A DNA stretch of 64,000 nt from an uncultured Acidobacteriota bacterium. GTDB lineage: Bacteria; Acidobacteriota; Terriglobia; Acidiferrales; UBA7541. A program made the position numbers and the translations under genes. The notes under the pieces are model-generated. The model ran no database searches. It was not told where the DNA came from and worked only from the letters and a program-made list of their open reading frames with translations. Location: NCBI GenBank assembly GCA_963737205.1, contig CAVTRV010000009.1, positions 3,044 to 67,043 on the forward strand, written 5' to 3'. Positions 20,160 through 30,068 of the stretch are shown piece by piece. Numbering within the stretch: position 1 is the first letter of the stretch; every line of letters starts with the position of its first letter.

Positions 20160-22319
20160 TTAGTAAGCCGCGAGGTCGCGGACGGCGCGGGCGATGTCCT
20201 CCGTCTGCGGCAGAATTGCGTCCTCGAGTTTCGGGTGATAGGCGACGAACGTGTCGGTGGCGGCCACGCGGCGGACGGGCGCGTCCAGGTCGCCGAACAG
20301 CTCGTCGGCGATGCGCGCGACAATCTCGGCGCCATAGCCCCACGAAAGCGTATCCTCGTACGCGACGATCACGCGATTGGTCTTGCGCACGCTTGCGGCA
20401 ATCGTGTCCCAATCGTACGGACTGAGCGTTCGCAAATCGAGAATCTCCACGGAAACGCCGTCGCGCGCCAGTGACGCGGCGGCCACTTCGGCGCGATGAA
20501 CCACCGCGCCGTAGGTGACGATCGTAACGTCCGTGCCTTCGCGCACCACGCGAGCCTTGCCGAACGGAATCGTGAAATCCGCGCCGGGATACGGCGAGCG
20601 GTTGTATGGCTGGCGATAGAGATGTTTGTGCTCGAGGAAGAGCACCGGATCATCGGAGCGAATCGCGGTACGAAGCAGACCGGAGACGTCGAGCGCCGTC
20701 GACGGCATCACCACGCGAAGTCCCGGTATGTGCGTGAAAATCGACTCGCCGCACTGGCTGTGATAAATCGCTCCTCCGGTGAGATAGCCGCCAATCGGAA
20801 CGCGCACGACGATGGGCGCTTTGAATCTGCCTCCCGAACGCCATCGCAGCGTGGCCAGTTCGTTGCGGAGCTGCATCATGGCCGGCCAAATGTAGTCGAA
20901 GAACTGAATTTCGGGGACGGGCTTCAAACCGCGCACGGCCATTCCGATCGAACGGCCGATGATGGCGGCTTCGGCGAGCGGCGAATTGAAAACGCGCGAC
21001 AGGCCGTAGCGCCGTTGCAGGCCTGCGGTCGCCTTGAAGACGCCTCCCTTCCCTTTCACGCTGGCGAGGTTTTCTTCGCGGCTGCAATCGGCCACGTCTT
21101 CGCCGAAGACGACGATGCGCTCGTCGCGCGCCATTTCGTCCAGCAGCGTTGCGGAGATGATTTCCACCATCGTCTTGGGATGGCCTTCCGCTTTTGGTTG
21201 CGCCTCGAACTGCTTCCCGGTGGGATCGACGTCAGCCGAGTAAACGAAGGAATAAATCGAATCAGGCGACGGCGTTTCGGCCGCCAGCGCGCGGTCGGTG
21301 GCTTCGATGATCTCGCGATCGACTTCCGCTTCGAGCGCTTCGAGTTCGCCCTCTTCCAGCACGCCTTCACGCACGAGAAACAAACCGAATTTCGGAACCG
21401 GATCGCGATGGGCTTCCGCTTCCCGCTCCTGTGGAGTTTTGTAGAGTTTTTCGTCGTCCGAGAGCGAGTGGGAATAGGGCCGCGTGACGTGCGCGTGAAC
21501 CAGAGCGGGCCCGCTGCGCGCACGGCAATGGTCGACGGCGCGTTTCAGGACGGCGTAACTTTCGAGCGGTTCCGTGCCGTCACATTCCTCGATATGCAGA
21601 TTCGGGAAATTTGCGACGAGTTTCGAGATGCTGCCTCCGGCAGTTTGCGCTTCGACGGGAACCGAAATCGCGTAGCCATTGTCTTCGACGAGAAAGAGAA
21701 CCGGCACGCGGCGCAGCGAGGCGGCATTGATGGCTTCGTAGAATTCGCCCTCGCTGGTGGATCCTTCTCCTCCGGAGACGTAGGCCACTTCGTCGCGATG
21801 GAAGCTGACCGAATCGCCCAGCGGAGCGCGGCGCGCCTGTTCAAGGGCCTTCGGGAATTTTTCGTAGTACAAGGAAGCTTCCGCGGCACCGACTGCGTGC
21901 AGCCATCGCGTCCCCGTGGGTGATGATCCGGTGACGATGTTCCATTTCTGGCTTCCCCAGTGCGACGGCATCTGGCGGCCGCTGGAGGAGGGGTCGTCCT
22001 TTGCGCCGACGGCCTGGAGCAGCATCTCGTATGGCGTGACGCCAAGCATGAGGGCGAGAGCGCGGTCGCGGTAGTAGGGGAAGAACCAATCGTAGCGCGA
22101 CTTCAACACCAGGCCCGCCGCGACGAGGACGCCTTCATGCCCGGCACCGCTCATCTGAAAGTAGGTTTTGTTTTGGCGCTTGAGCTGGATTTCGCGGTCG
22201 TCCAGGCGGCGCGAGAGGAACATCGTGCGGTAGAGGCGAATCAGCGTTTCGCGGTTGAGGCCCTGATATTTTGTCGAGTCAAATGCTGCGGCGGTTCTGA
22301 CTTTGGTTTGGGACGCCAC
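20160..22319 (-). CDS. 2-oxoacid dehydrogenase E1 component, fused alpha/beta subunits (TPP-dependent)
   Basis: ORF 20160..22415. Likely GTG start at 22319, preceded by GGAGG. Alpha part: [14 protein letters not shown] and [39 protein letters not shown]. Beta part: FGEDVAD...[13 protein letters not shown]. Confidence 0.85.
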   Translation of the reverse strand: MASQTKVRTAAAFDSTKYQGLNRETLIRLYRTMFLSRRLDDREIQLKRQNKTYFQMSGAGHEGVLVAAGLVLKSRYDWFFPYYRDRALALMLGVTPYEMLLQAVGAKDDPSSSGRQMPSHWGSQKWNIVTGSSPTGTRWLHAVGAAEASLYYEKFPKALEQARRAPLGDSVSFHRDEVAYVSGGEGSTSEGEFYEAINAASLRRVPVLFLVEDNGYAISVPVEAQTAGGSISKLVANFPNLHIEECDGTEPLESYAVLKRAVDHCRARSGPALVHAHVTRPYSHSLSDDEKLYKTPQEREAEAHRDPVPKFGLFLVREGVLEEGELEALEAEVDREIIEATDRALAAETPSPDSIYSFVYSADVDPTGKQFEAQPKAEGHPKTMVEIISATLLDEMARDERIVVFGEDVADCSREENLASVKGKGGVFKATAGLQRRYGLSRVFNSPLAEAAIIGRSIGMAVRGLKPVPEIQFFDYIWPAMMQLRNELATLRWRSGGRFKAPIVVRVPIGGYLTGGAIYHSQCGESIFTHIPGLRVVMPSTALDVSGLLRTAIRSDDPVLFLEHKHLYRQPYNRSPYPGADFTIPFGKARVVREGTDVTIVTYGAVVHRAEVAAASLARDGVSVEILDLRTLSPYDWDTIAASVRKTNRVIVAYEDTLSWGYGAEIVARIADELFGDLDAPVRRVAATDTFVAYHPKLEDAILPQTEDIARAVRDLAAY

Positions 22320-22903
22320 GCAGTTTGCCTCCGCTCGAGGGGTTGGGCGGCTGGAATGATTACACCCCATTATAGCAAGGTCAAGGGGAGTGGCCCCCAG
22401 AAAGAGGCGCGGCAAGCGAGTGACGATGGGCTGGAGGAGGCAAAGGAGAGAAAGGAAGTAGAGGAGGTAGAGGAAAAGGCGTGGCCGGGCTGCGTTGAGC
22501 CATCGGTTAGCGACCCTTAGTCCCTCAGGGTGAGGCGAAAGTGCGGCAAAGCGGAAGTGGTGTTTTTGTCTCGATTAGAAAATGTTTTCTCGTTTATTTC
22601 CATGGGATTGCGGCGGTTTTTGAATGTGAGGTTGTCTCGATTAGATTTTTCTTCGCCCTCGGAGGGACGAGAGACAGTGACGAGTGACGAGTGGCTAGAA
22701 ACGGCATCGCCACATCAACGAGGGATTGCCTCCCGAGTTCCACGGATTCGGGTACTGGTCCCTGGCTTCGGCTCGTTCTGTCGATTTGGCAGCTCATAAA
22801 AACGGGCCATGGTAGCACGGAAGTCGTCGGATGGGTAGTAACAAAGTTACGGTAGTAGTTCTATAACGTACAGAACTCAGCGGGTCATAGTCGGCGGCGC
22901 GCG

Positions 22904-22931
22904 TTGTATACTGCCTCGCGAGTTGTATACT
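22904..22931 (+). promoter_or_regulatory. sigma-70-like promoter candidate for the DUF2911 gene
   Basis: TTGTAT, 16 nt spacer, TATACT, about 30 nt upstream of ATG 22960. Both hexamers lie inside a direct repeat GTTGTATACT (22903 and 22922). Confidence 0.4.
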
Positions 22932-22959
22932 CGCCTAAAGATAAGGAAGGACATCGGAA

Positions 22960-23559
22960 ATGAAACTAATCCTAGTGAGTGCTCTTTTGTTCGGAAGCTC
23001 GATGCTGGCCTCCGCCCAGGTGAAGAAGGAAGACCTGGTCACTAAGAACACCGCCAGCCCGGGCGCCGAAACCGACGTCACCATCGACGGCAAGAACATT
23101 TGGATCTACTACCACGCCCCCTCCGTCAGGGGTCGCCACATTTTCGGTGGCGCCGACGCGCACCAGCCAGATGGCACCATATGGCGTCTGGGCGCCGATT
23201 ACGCCACTGTCCTGCACACCGACGCCGACCTCGACCTGAATGGCCTCGCCATTCCCAAGGGCGACTACACCCTGTACGCCGACCTCGACAACGGCCAGTG
23301 GAAGCTGATCGTCAACAAAACCCTGATGGCTGGCGCCCGTCACATCTGGGGCGTGGGGAAATCACTGGACGGCATTCGCGAGGGCGCCACCACCGATGAT
23401 CCGGCCACCGAACTGGGTCGCGCTTCGCTCACCATGGGCAAGCCGTCATCACTGGTGGAAACCCTCAAGATCACGCTGTCGGACGCCGGCGGCGACAAGG
23501 GAAAACTGCTGATCGAATGGGAGAATGTGACGGCGTCGGCGCCGTTCACCGTGAAGTAG
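22960..23559 (+). CDS. secreted DUF2911-like protein
   Basis: Signal peptide MKLILVSALLFGSSMLASAQ. WRLGADYATVLHTDADLDLNGLAIPKGDYTLYADLDNGQWKLIVNK is typical of DUF2911. Confidence 0.65.
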   Translation: MKLILVSALLFGSSMLASAQVKKEDLVTKNTASPGAETDVTIDGKNIWIYYHAPSVRGRHIFGGADAHQPDGTIWRLGADYATVLHTDADLDLNGLAIPKGDYTLYADLDNGQWKLIVNKTLMAGARHIWGVGKSLDGIREGATTDDPATELGRASLTMGKPSSLVETLKITLSDAGGDKGKLLIEWENVTASAPFTVK

Positions 23560-23585
23560 GGGTTTCCCGCGGTCATCTGTCTTGC

Positions 23586-23734
23586 GGGGCACGGCATCCC
23601 GAATTGTCGGGACGAAGATTCAATCGTCCCTACGGGACTAGATCTTCTTTCTAGTTCGCTCTCCCGGCATTCCGCTGGCGCTCCATGCCGGGCTAAGTAC
23701 AATCGCCGCTCCGCGGCTTTAGATGCGTCCTACG
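23586..23734. repeat. composite REP-like intergenic element, copy 1
   Basis: Modules GGGCACGGCATCCCGAATTGTCGGGACGAAGATTCAATCGTCCCTACGGGACTAG and TTCGCTCTCCCGGCATTCCGCTGGCGCTC...GCCGGGCTAAGTACAATCGCCGCTCCGCGG. They recur at 26812, 29948 and 31740. Confidence 0.8.
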
Positions 23735-23790
23735 AGGAAACATCGAACTGGCGGCGGGCACAGCGTGCTGTGACCCTGCAGACGGGGCGC

Positions 23791-23872
23791 GGCAAAAAGC
23801 AGATCCCTCGTCGGCTGAGAGGCGCCTCTGTCGGGATGACAGGCGGGACGCGCCCAGAATCGCAAGGTGGGT
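23791..23872. repeat. hairpin repeat GCAAAAAGCAGATCCC...GGGATGACA, copy 1
   Basis: ATCCC/GGGAT arms enclose the palindrome AGAGGCGCCTCT. Related copies at 26885..27000 and 53813..53865. Confidence 0.75.
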
Positions 23873-23932
23873 TACTTCTGCCCGGCGCGGCGATTGCCTG
23901 CATTGGGCCGCTCGGTATAGCATCCAGTTCCA

Positions 23933-26794
23933 GTGACCGATTCCCTACCCATGATCGGCCGGACGGTCAGCCACTACCGCATTCTGGAGAAGATCGGCGG
24001 CGGCGGGATGGGTGTGGTTTACAAGGCTGAGGACACCAAGCTTCGCCGCTTCGTGGCCCTGAAGTTCCTTCCTGACGGTTTCACGCGCGACTCGCAAGCC
24101 GTGAGCCGCTTCCACCGCGAGGCGCAGGCTGCTTCCGCCCTGAATCATCCCAATATCTGCACGATTTATGAGATCGGCGAACACGATGGTCAGCCTTTCA
24201 TTGCTATGGAGTTTCTCGACGGTGAGACGCTGAGGCATCGCATTGCCGGCAGGCCGTTGCCGCTTGAGGAAGTGCTGGAGCTCGGGATAGAGATTGCCGC
24301 CGCACTGGACGCAGCGCACGCCAAAGGAATCGTCCACCGCGACATCAAGCCGGCAAATATCTTCGTGACCAACGGCGATCATGCCAAGATTTTGGATTTT
24401 GGGCTGGCAAAGCTGGCGCCGGCGGGCGGTGCTGCGAATCTTTCCGCGATGCCGACAGCTGAAGAATTGGACCAGCTCACTCGCCCGGGCGCGGCGATTG
24501 GCACCATCACGTACATGTCGCCCGAACAGGTGCGCGGGGAAGAGCTGGATGCACGCACGGACTTGTTTTCGTTTGGAGTGGTGCTCTACGAGATGGTGAC
24601 GGGCGCGATGCCCTTCCGCGGTGAAACCTCCGCTGTGATTACGGAAGCGATTCTGAATCGCGCGCCCGTTGCGCCCGTGCGGCTGAATCCCGAGGTTCCG
24701 GCAAAGCTCGAAGAGGTGGTCAACAAGGCTCTGGAGAAAGACCGGAAGCTGCGGTACCAGAGCGCCGCGGAGATTCGCACGGACTTGCAGCGACTGAAGC
24801 GCGATTCAGATTCGAGCCGCTCAGCCGCGTTGACCGCCGAGGCGCTGGTTAAGCCCGCTACTAAATCCACCAAGTTTCGACGGTCTGTGGTCACTGGCGC
24901 CACATTGCTCGTTGTCGGACTGGCCGTGGGCGGCTGGTTGCTCTTCTCCCGGAAGACCCACGCGCTGACCGATAAAGACACGGTCGTGCTCGCCGATTTC
25001 ACCAACACCACGGGCGATCCTGTGTTCGACGAAGCCCTCAAGCAGGCGCTTGCAGTGCAGCTTGGCCAGTCACCATTCCTGAACATACTCTCCGACGCGC
25101 GCTTACGCGACACACTGCCACTGATGGGACGGGCTCGAGACTCCAAAGTCGATTTGGAAACGGCGAGAGAGGTTTGCGAGCGGACGGGGAGCGCGGCAGT
25201 GTTGTCGGGCTCGATTGCTCCGTTGGGGAATCAGTATGTCCTAGGCTTGAACGCCATGAATTGTCAGACCGGCGACACGCTCGTGCGGGAACAAGTGCAG
25301 GCTGCCGGGAAGGAACAGGTTCTGACGGCGATGGATGGCGCTGCGGGGAAACTGCGCGTCCAGCTCGGCGAATCGCTCAGCTCGGTGCGGCAGTTCGGCA
25401 CGCCGGTGGAGCAAGCGACAACATCCTCGTTTGAAGCATTGAAAGCATTCAGTCTCGGGATGCAAATCCATGAGACCAAAGGGGATGATACGGAAGCGAT
25501 TCCGCTCTTCGAGCACGCCGTGGAACTCGATCCCAAGTTTGCTATGGCGTACGGCTCGCTCGGGATCGCCTATTCTAATTCGGGACAAGAGGATCTGGGC
25601 GATCAGGACATCAAGAAGGCGTACGAACTTCGGGACCGCGCGAGCGAGCGTGAGAAATTTCGTATCGCCACATATTACTTCGCTTCTGTGACCGCGAACC
25701 TCGAGAAGATGACGGAAAATTGCGAGCAATGGGTGCTTACCTATCCTCGAGACTGGGTGGCCCACGGGCTTCTCGGAGATGCCTTGGCATCGCTCGGGCG
25801 TTACGAGAGGGCTCAGGCGGAGCAAGACGAGTCCCTGCGCTTGAATCCAGATGCAGCCGGCGTTCGCGACGACATCGTTCTTAATTACCTGGCGCTCAAT
25901 CGGCTGAACGAGGCGGAGGCTGCGCTTCGAGATGGCGAGAAACGAGATGGCGATTACGAGATGTTTCATATTGAACGGTACATCCTTGCTTTTCTGCGCG
26001 CCGATGCGACCGGCATGGAACGTCAGGTGGCTTGGGCCGCAGGAAAACCGGGGCTCGAAGTCGAACTGCTGGCTTTCGAAGCAAGCAAGGCCGCCTATTC
26101 CGGTCGACTATTGATGGCGCGAGAGCTTTGCGACCGGGCGGTCGCCTCTGCACAGCGGGCGGGAGATAAACAGGATGCAGCAGACTTCCAGGTGGCCCTG
26201 GCGTTGGCAGAAGGCCTTCTCGGTAATTCGGACGAGGCCAGGCGGAGGGCCGCAGCGGCTTTGCCCCTGTCGAGAGGCCGCGAGGCGCAGTATAAACTGG
26301 CCCTGGCGATGAGCTTGGAGGGTGACGCGGCTCATGCGCAGGCCCTTGCGGATGATTTGGACAAGCGGTTTCCGGAGGGTACCTTGGTGCAGTCGGTGTG
26401 GGTGCCAACGATTCGCGCGCAACTCGCGCTCGCCCGCAAGGATTCCGGGAAAGCTATTGAGCTTCTCGGGCCTGTTGCGCCGTACGAACTGGCGGGACGT
26501 GACGGACCGTATGGTTTGTTGGCTGTTGCGGTGCGAGGGAATGCCTATCTGATGGCGCGGAAAGGCAGCGAGGCTGCCGCAGAGTTCCAGAAAATCCTCG
26601 ATCACCCTGGCATCGTTGAGAGTAACCCCATCGGCGCACTCGCACATCTCCAAATCGGCAGAGCCTACGCGATGCAGGGCGACACCGCAAAAGCCAAGGC
26701 GGCGTATCAGGATTTCCTCACGCTGTGGAAGGACGCCGACGCTGACGTCCCCGTCCTGATCGCCGCGAAAGCGGAGTACGCGAAGCTGAAGTGA
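23933..26794 (+). CDS. membrane Ser/Thr protein kinase with extracytoplasmic and TPR region (paralog 1)
   Basis: Kinase motifs [41 protein letters not shown] segment [17 protein letters not shown]-terminal TPR-like helices. Start is GTG 23933 or ATG 23951. Confidence 0.9.
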   Translation: MTDSLPMIGRTVSHYRILEKIGGGGMGVVYKAEDTKLRRFVALKFLPDGFTRDSQAVSRFHREAQAASALNHPNICTIYEIGEHDGQPFIAMEFLDGETLRHRIAGRPLPLEEVLELGIEIAAALDAAHAKGIVHRDIKPANIFVTNGDHAKILDFGLAKLAPAGGAANLSAMPTAEELDQLTRPGAAIGTITYMSPEQVRGEELDARTDLFSFGVVLYEMVTGAMPFRGETSAVITEAILNRAPVAPVRLNPEVPAKLEEVVNKALEKDRKLRYQSAAEIRTDLQRLKRDSDSSRSAALTAEALVKPATKSTKFRRSVVTGATLLVVGLAVGGWLLFSRKTHALTDKDTVVLADFTNTTGDPVFDEALKQALAVQLGQSPFLNILSDARLRDTLPLMGRARDSKVDLETAREVCERTGSAAVLSGSIAPLGNQYVLGLNAMNCQTGDTLVREQVQAAGKEQVLTAMDGAAGKLRVQLGESLSSVRQFGTPVEQATTSSFEALKAFSLGMQIHETKGDDTEAIPLFEHAVELDPKFAMAYGSLGIAYSNSGQEDLGDQDIKKAYELRDRASEREKFRIATYYFASVTANLEKMTENCEQWVLTYPRDWVAHGLLGDALASLGRYERAQAEQDESLRLNPDAAGVRDDIVLNYLALNRLNEAEAALRDGEKRDGDYEMFHIERYILAFLRADATGMERQVAWAAGKPGLEVELLAFEASKAAYSGRLLMARELCDRAVASAQRAGDKQDAADFQVALALAEGLLGNSDEARRRAAAALPLSRGREAQYKLALAMSLEGDAAHAQALADDLDKRFPEGTLVQSVWVPTIRAQLALARKDSGKAIELLGPVAPYELAGRDGPYGLLAVAVRGNAYLMARKGSEAAAEFQKILDHPGIVESNPIGALAHLQIGRAYAMQGDTAKAKAAYQDFLTLWKDADADVPVLIAAKAEYAKLK

Positions 26795-26811
26795 CGGAGC
26801 GCATGGGAGGC

Positions 26812-26875
26812 GGGCACAGCATCCCGAATTGTCGGGACGAACCGGCGGCGGGCACGGCATGCCGTGCCCCTACGG
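26812..26875. repeat. composite REP-like element, copy 2, including a 20-nt perfect palindrome
   Basis: GGGCACAGCATCCCGAATTGTCGGGACGA, then GGGCACGGCATGCCGTGCCC at 26850..26869. Confidence 0.8.
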
Positions 26876-26884
26876 ACCGGACCC

Positions 26885-27000
26885 GGCAAAAAGCAGATCC
26901 CTTCCCGCAGGATCGTCCGGGACGCAAACGGCGCGCGCCGGCTGAGAGGCGCCTCTGTCGGGATGACAGGCGGGACGCGCCCAGAATCGCAAGGTGGGTT
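26885..27000. repeat. hairpin repeat GCAAAAAGCAGATCCC...GGGATGACA, copy 2
   Basis: Same ends as copy 1, with an extra internal insert. It is part of the duplicated 5' region of the kinase paralogs. Confidence 0.7.
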
Positions 27001-27049
27001 CCTTTTGTCCGGCGCGGCCGATTGCCTGGGTAAGGGCGCCCGGTATAGC

Positions 27050-29929
27050 ATGCCTTCAGTGACCGATTCTTCGCCAACACCAGGCAGTACGATTTCCCAT
27101 TACCGCATCCTGAGCAAGATCGGTGGCGGCGGGATGGGCGTGGTTTACAAGGCTGAGGACACCAAGCTTCGCCGCTTCGTGGCCCTGAAGTTCCTTCCTG
27201 ACGGTTTCACGCGCGACTCGCAAGCCGTGAGCCGCTTCCACCGCGAGGCGCAGGCTGCTTCCGCTTTGAATCATCCCAATATCTGCACGATTTATGAGAT
27301 CGGCGAACACGATGGTCAGCCTTTCATTGCTATGGAGTTTCTCGACGGTGAGACGCTGAGGCATCGCATTGCCGGCAGGCCGTTGCCGCTTGAGGAAGTG
27401 CTGGAGCTCGGGATAGAGATTGCCGCCGCACTGGACGCAGCGCACGCCAAAGGAATCGTCCACCGCGACATCAAGCCGGCCAACATGTTCGTGACTGGTC
27501 GATCCCACGTGACGGTGTTGGATTTTGGGCTGGCAAAGCTGGCTCCAGCGGGCGGTGCTGCGAATCTTTCGGCGATGCCGACAGCTGAAGAGCTAGACCA
27601 GCTCACTCGCCCGGGAACGGCGATTGGCACTATCACGTACATGTCGCCCGAACAGGTGCGTGGCGAAGAGCTGGACGCGCGCACAGACCTGTTTTCATTT
27701 GGAGCGGTGCTCTACGAGATGGTGACGGGCACGATGCCCTTCCGCGGCGACACGGCCGGCATCATCACGAACGCGATTCTGGAGCGATCGCCCGTGCCGC
27801 CGGTTCGACTGAATCCTGACCTTCCGCCAAAGCTCGAAGAGGTGATCAACAAGGCGCTAGAGAAAGACCGGAAGCTGCGCTACCAGAGCGCCGCGGAAAT
27901 CCGCACGGACTTGCAACGACTGAAGCGCGATTCGGATTCGAGCCGTTCGGTCGCCGCGACACTGCAAGTGGAATCGAAGTCCGCCGCGAAATCCGCTCGG
28001 TTGCGGTGGGGAATGGCCGCGGGCGCGACGATACTGATCATCGGACTGGCCGTGGGCGGCTGGTTGCTGTTTTCCCGCAAGGTTCACGCGCTGACGGACA
28101 AAGACACCGTCGTCCTCGCAGACTTTACGAACACGACCGGCGATGCTGTGTTTGACGGCACGCTGCGGCAAGGGCTCTCCGTACAACTGGAACAGTCCCC
28201 CTTCTTGAGCATCATCTCTGACCAGCAAATCCAGCAGACCCTGCGGATGATGGACCAAAAGCCGGATGCGAAGCTGACGCCGGAAATTGCGCGGGAACTA
28301 TGCCAGCGAACGGCGAGCGCCGCCGTCCTGGACGGTTCGATTGCGCAAATTGGCACGCAGTATTTGCTCACCCTCAAGGCAGTCAATTGCGCGAGCGGCG
28401 AATCACTGGCCAGCACGGAGGCTCAGGCCAGCGACAAGAACCACGTGCTGGATGCTCTGGGAAAGACGGCTTCGGCAATTCGGAACCAATTGGGCGAATC
28501 GCTAAGCACGGTGCAGAAGTTCGATACCCCTCTTCAACAAGCCACCACACCGTCGCTGGAAGCCCTCAAAGCTTTCAGCTCAGGGTTTAAGGTTGCCACC
28601 ACATCAGGACCTGCCGCAGCCATTCCGTTCTTCAAACAGGCCATCGAGCTCGATCCAAATTTTGCCCTCGCCTATGCACTTTTGGGCCGCGTATATGGGG
28701 ACGATAAAGAATACAGCCTCTCCGCCGAGAGCACGCGTAAAGCTTACGAACTCCGCGAGCGAACGAGTGAGCGGGAGAAGTATTTCATCTCCACATCCTT
28801 TTACGCCATGGTCGCCGGGGACATGGAGAAGGCCGAGCAATCCTGCGAGCTATGGAAGCAAGCTTATCCGCGCGGTCTAGAGCCGCATGACTTTTTGTCG
28901 GGAATAATTTATCCGGTGACGGGGCAATATGAGAAAGCGGCTGGAGAAGCCGCCGAGGCAGTCCGTTTGAATCCGGACTTTCCCATCTCTTACGCCAACC
29001 TCATGCTCAACGACGTCGCGCTTGGCCGCCTCGATCAGGCCAAGGCCACGTACGGGCAAGCTCTGGAACGCAAACTTGACTTTGCTTTCCTCCGTTATGC
29101 CCTCTATCAGATTGCCTTCTTGCAGAACGATGCGGCGGGACTGGCGCAACAGGCAGCATGGTCGACGGGCAAGCCAGGTATCGAGGATTGGTTTCTGGAT
29201 TGGGAGGCTAATACCGCAGCTTATTCCGGGCAGCTTAAGAAGGCACGAGAGCTTTCCCGCCGCGCAGTGGATTCCGCCGAGCGAGCAGACAAAAAGGAAA
29301 CTGCCGCGACGTACACTGCTCTTTCTGATTTGCGGGAAGCCTTGTTCGGCAACGGGGGCGAAGCACGGCGGCGCGCCGCTTCGGCACCGGAGGGCACCAC
29401 AGGCCGCGACGAGGAATACTGCGACGCGCTGGCTGCGGCGTACACGGGAGATGATAAGACGCTGCAAGTACTGGCCGGCGATTTGGCCAAGAGATTTCCG
29501 GAGACCACAATCGTGCAGTTCAATTACGTGCCAACCCTCCGGGCAAAGCTTGCCGTCAACAGGGGAAATGCCTCCGAGGCCATCGAGAGCCTAAGAGTTG
29601 CCACTCCGTATGAGTTAGGCAAGCCCAGTGCGAGTAACTATTGGCTGGCTTTGTATCCTGCACATGTCCGCGGCGAAGCCTATCTAGCCGCGCGTAAGGG
29701 CAACGAAGCCGCCGCCGAGTTTCAGAAAATCCTCGACCATCGGGGAGTGGTAGGCAACGAACCCATCGGTGCACTCGCGCACGTCGGCCTCGCCCGCGCC
29801 TACGTTTTGCAAGGCGACACCGCCAAGGCCAAGGCGGCTTATCAGGATTTCCTCACCCTCTGGAAGGATGCCGACCCTGACATACCCATCTTTGTCGCTG
29901 CCAAAGCGGAGTACGCGAACCTGAAGTGA
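27050..29929 (+). CDS. membrane Ser/Thr protein kinase with extracytoplasmic and TPR region (paralog 2)
   Basis: ORF 26864..29929. I start it at ATG 27050 (MPSVTDSSP...) because upstream codons run through repeat sequence. Kinase domain is nearly identical to paralog 1, the middle is diverged, and the C-terminus is conserved ([22 protein letters not shown]). Confidence 0.9.
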   Translation: MPSVTDSSPTPGSTISHYRILSKIGGGGMGVVYKAEDTKLRRFVALKFLPDGFTRDSQAVSRFHREAQAASALNHPNICTIYEIGEHDGQPFIAMEFLDGETLRHRIAGRPLPLEEVLELGIEIAAALDAAHAKGIVHRDIKPANMFVTGRSHVTVLDFGLAKLAPAGGAANLSAMPTAEELDQLTRPGTAIGTITYMSPEQVRGEELDARTDLFSFGAVLYEMVTGTMPFRGDTAGIITNAILERSPVPPVRLNPDLPPKLEEVINKALEKDRKLRYQSAAEIRTDLQRLKRDSDSSRSVAATLQVESKSAAKSARLRWGMAAGATILIIGLAVGGWLLFSRKVHALTDKDTVVLADFTNTTGDAVFDGTLRQGLSVQLEQSPFLSIISDQQIQQTLRMMDQKPDAKLTPEIARELCQRTASAAVLDGSIAQIGTQYLLTLKAVNCASGESLASTEAQASDKNHVLDALGKTASAIRNQLGESLSTVQKFDTPLQQATTPSLEALKAFSSGFKVATTSGPAAAIPFFKQAIELDPNFALAYALLGRVYGDDKEYSLSAESTRKAYELRERTSEREKYFISTSFYAMVAGDMEKAEQSCELWKQAYPRGLEPHDFLSGIIYPVTGQYEKAAGEAAEAVRLNPDFPISYANLMLNDVALGRLDQAKATYGQALERKLDFAFLRYALYQIAFLQNDAAGLAQQAAWSTGKPGIEDWFLDWEANTAAYSGQLKKARELSRRAVDSAERADKKETAATYTALSDLREALFGNGGEARRRAASAPEGTTGRDEEYCDALAAAYTGDDKTLQVLAGDLAKRFPETTIVQFNYVPTLRAKLAVNRGNASEAIESLRVATPYELGKPSASNYWLALYPAHVRGEAYLAARKGNEAAAEFQKILDHRGVVGNEPIGALAHVGLARAYVLQGDTAKAKAAYQDFLTLWKDADPDIPIFVAAKAEYANLK

Positions 29930-29947
29930 GGGTGCGCACGAGGAGCC

Positions 29948-30067
29948 GGGCACAGCATCCCGAATTGTCGGGACGAAGATTTTCCCGGTACTTCGCTCCG
30001 CTACGTACCGGGCTAAGTACAATCGCCGCTCCGCGGGCGGCGGGCACGGCATGCCGTGCCCCTACAG
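29948..30067. repeat. composite REP-like element, copy 3
   Basis: GGGCACAGCATCCCGAATTGTCGGGACGAAGATT...GGGCTAAGTACAATCGCCGCTCCGCGG, plus the palindrome GGGCACGGCATGCCGTGCCC at 30042..30061. Confidence 0.8.
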
Positions 30068-30068
30068 A

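Noticed and set aside
20496-21923. Long antisense ORFs opposite real genes: 20496..21923(+), 55470..56534(+), 59218..60225(-), 38612..39553(-), 62563..63405(-), 43604..44704(+), 45861..47063(-), 50487..51701(-).
   Set aside because: They are Arg/Ala/Gly/Pro-rich shadow frames typical of GC-rich DNA and show no recognisable motifs. Each overlaps a strand partner with clear family signatures.
21960-22520. ORF 21960..22520(+), whose end encodes [15 protein letters not shown] across the polypurine tract.
   Set aside because: Most of it is antisense to the E1 dehydrogenase gene, and the acidic tail is simply the translation of the purine tract.
26864-27049. N-terminal extensions of ORFs running through repeat DNA: 26864..27049 on kinase 2, 33297..33401 (MPCPYRENLEG...) on kinase 3, and 30051..30245.
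   Set aside because: The extensions are translations of REP modules found in several non-coding contexts. Conserved kinase N-termini begin at the internal ATGs 27050 and 33402.
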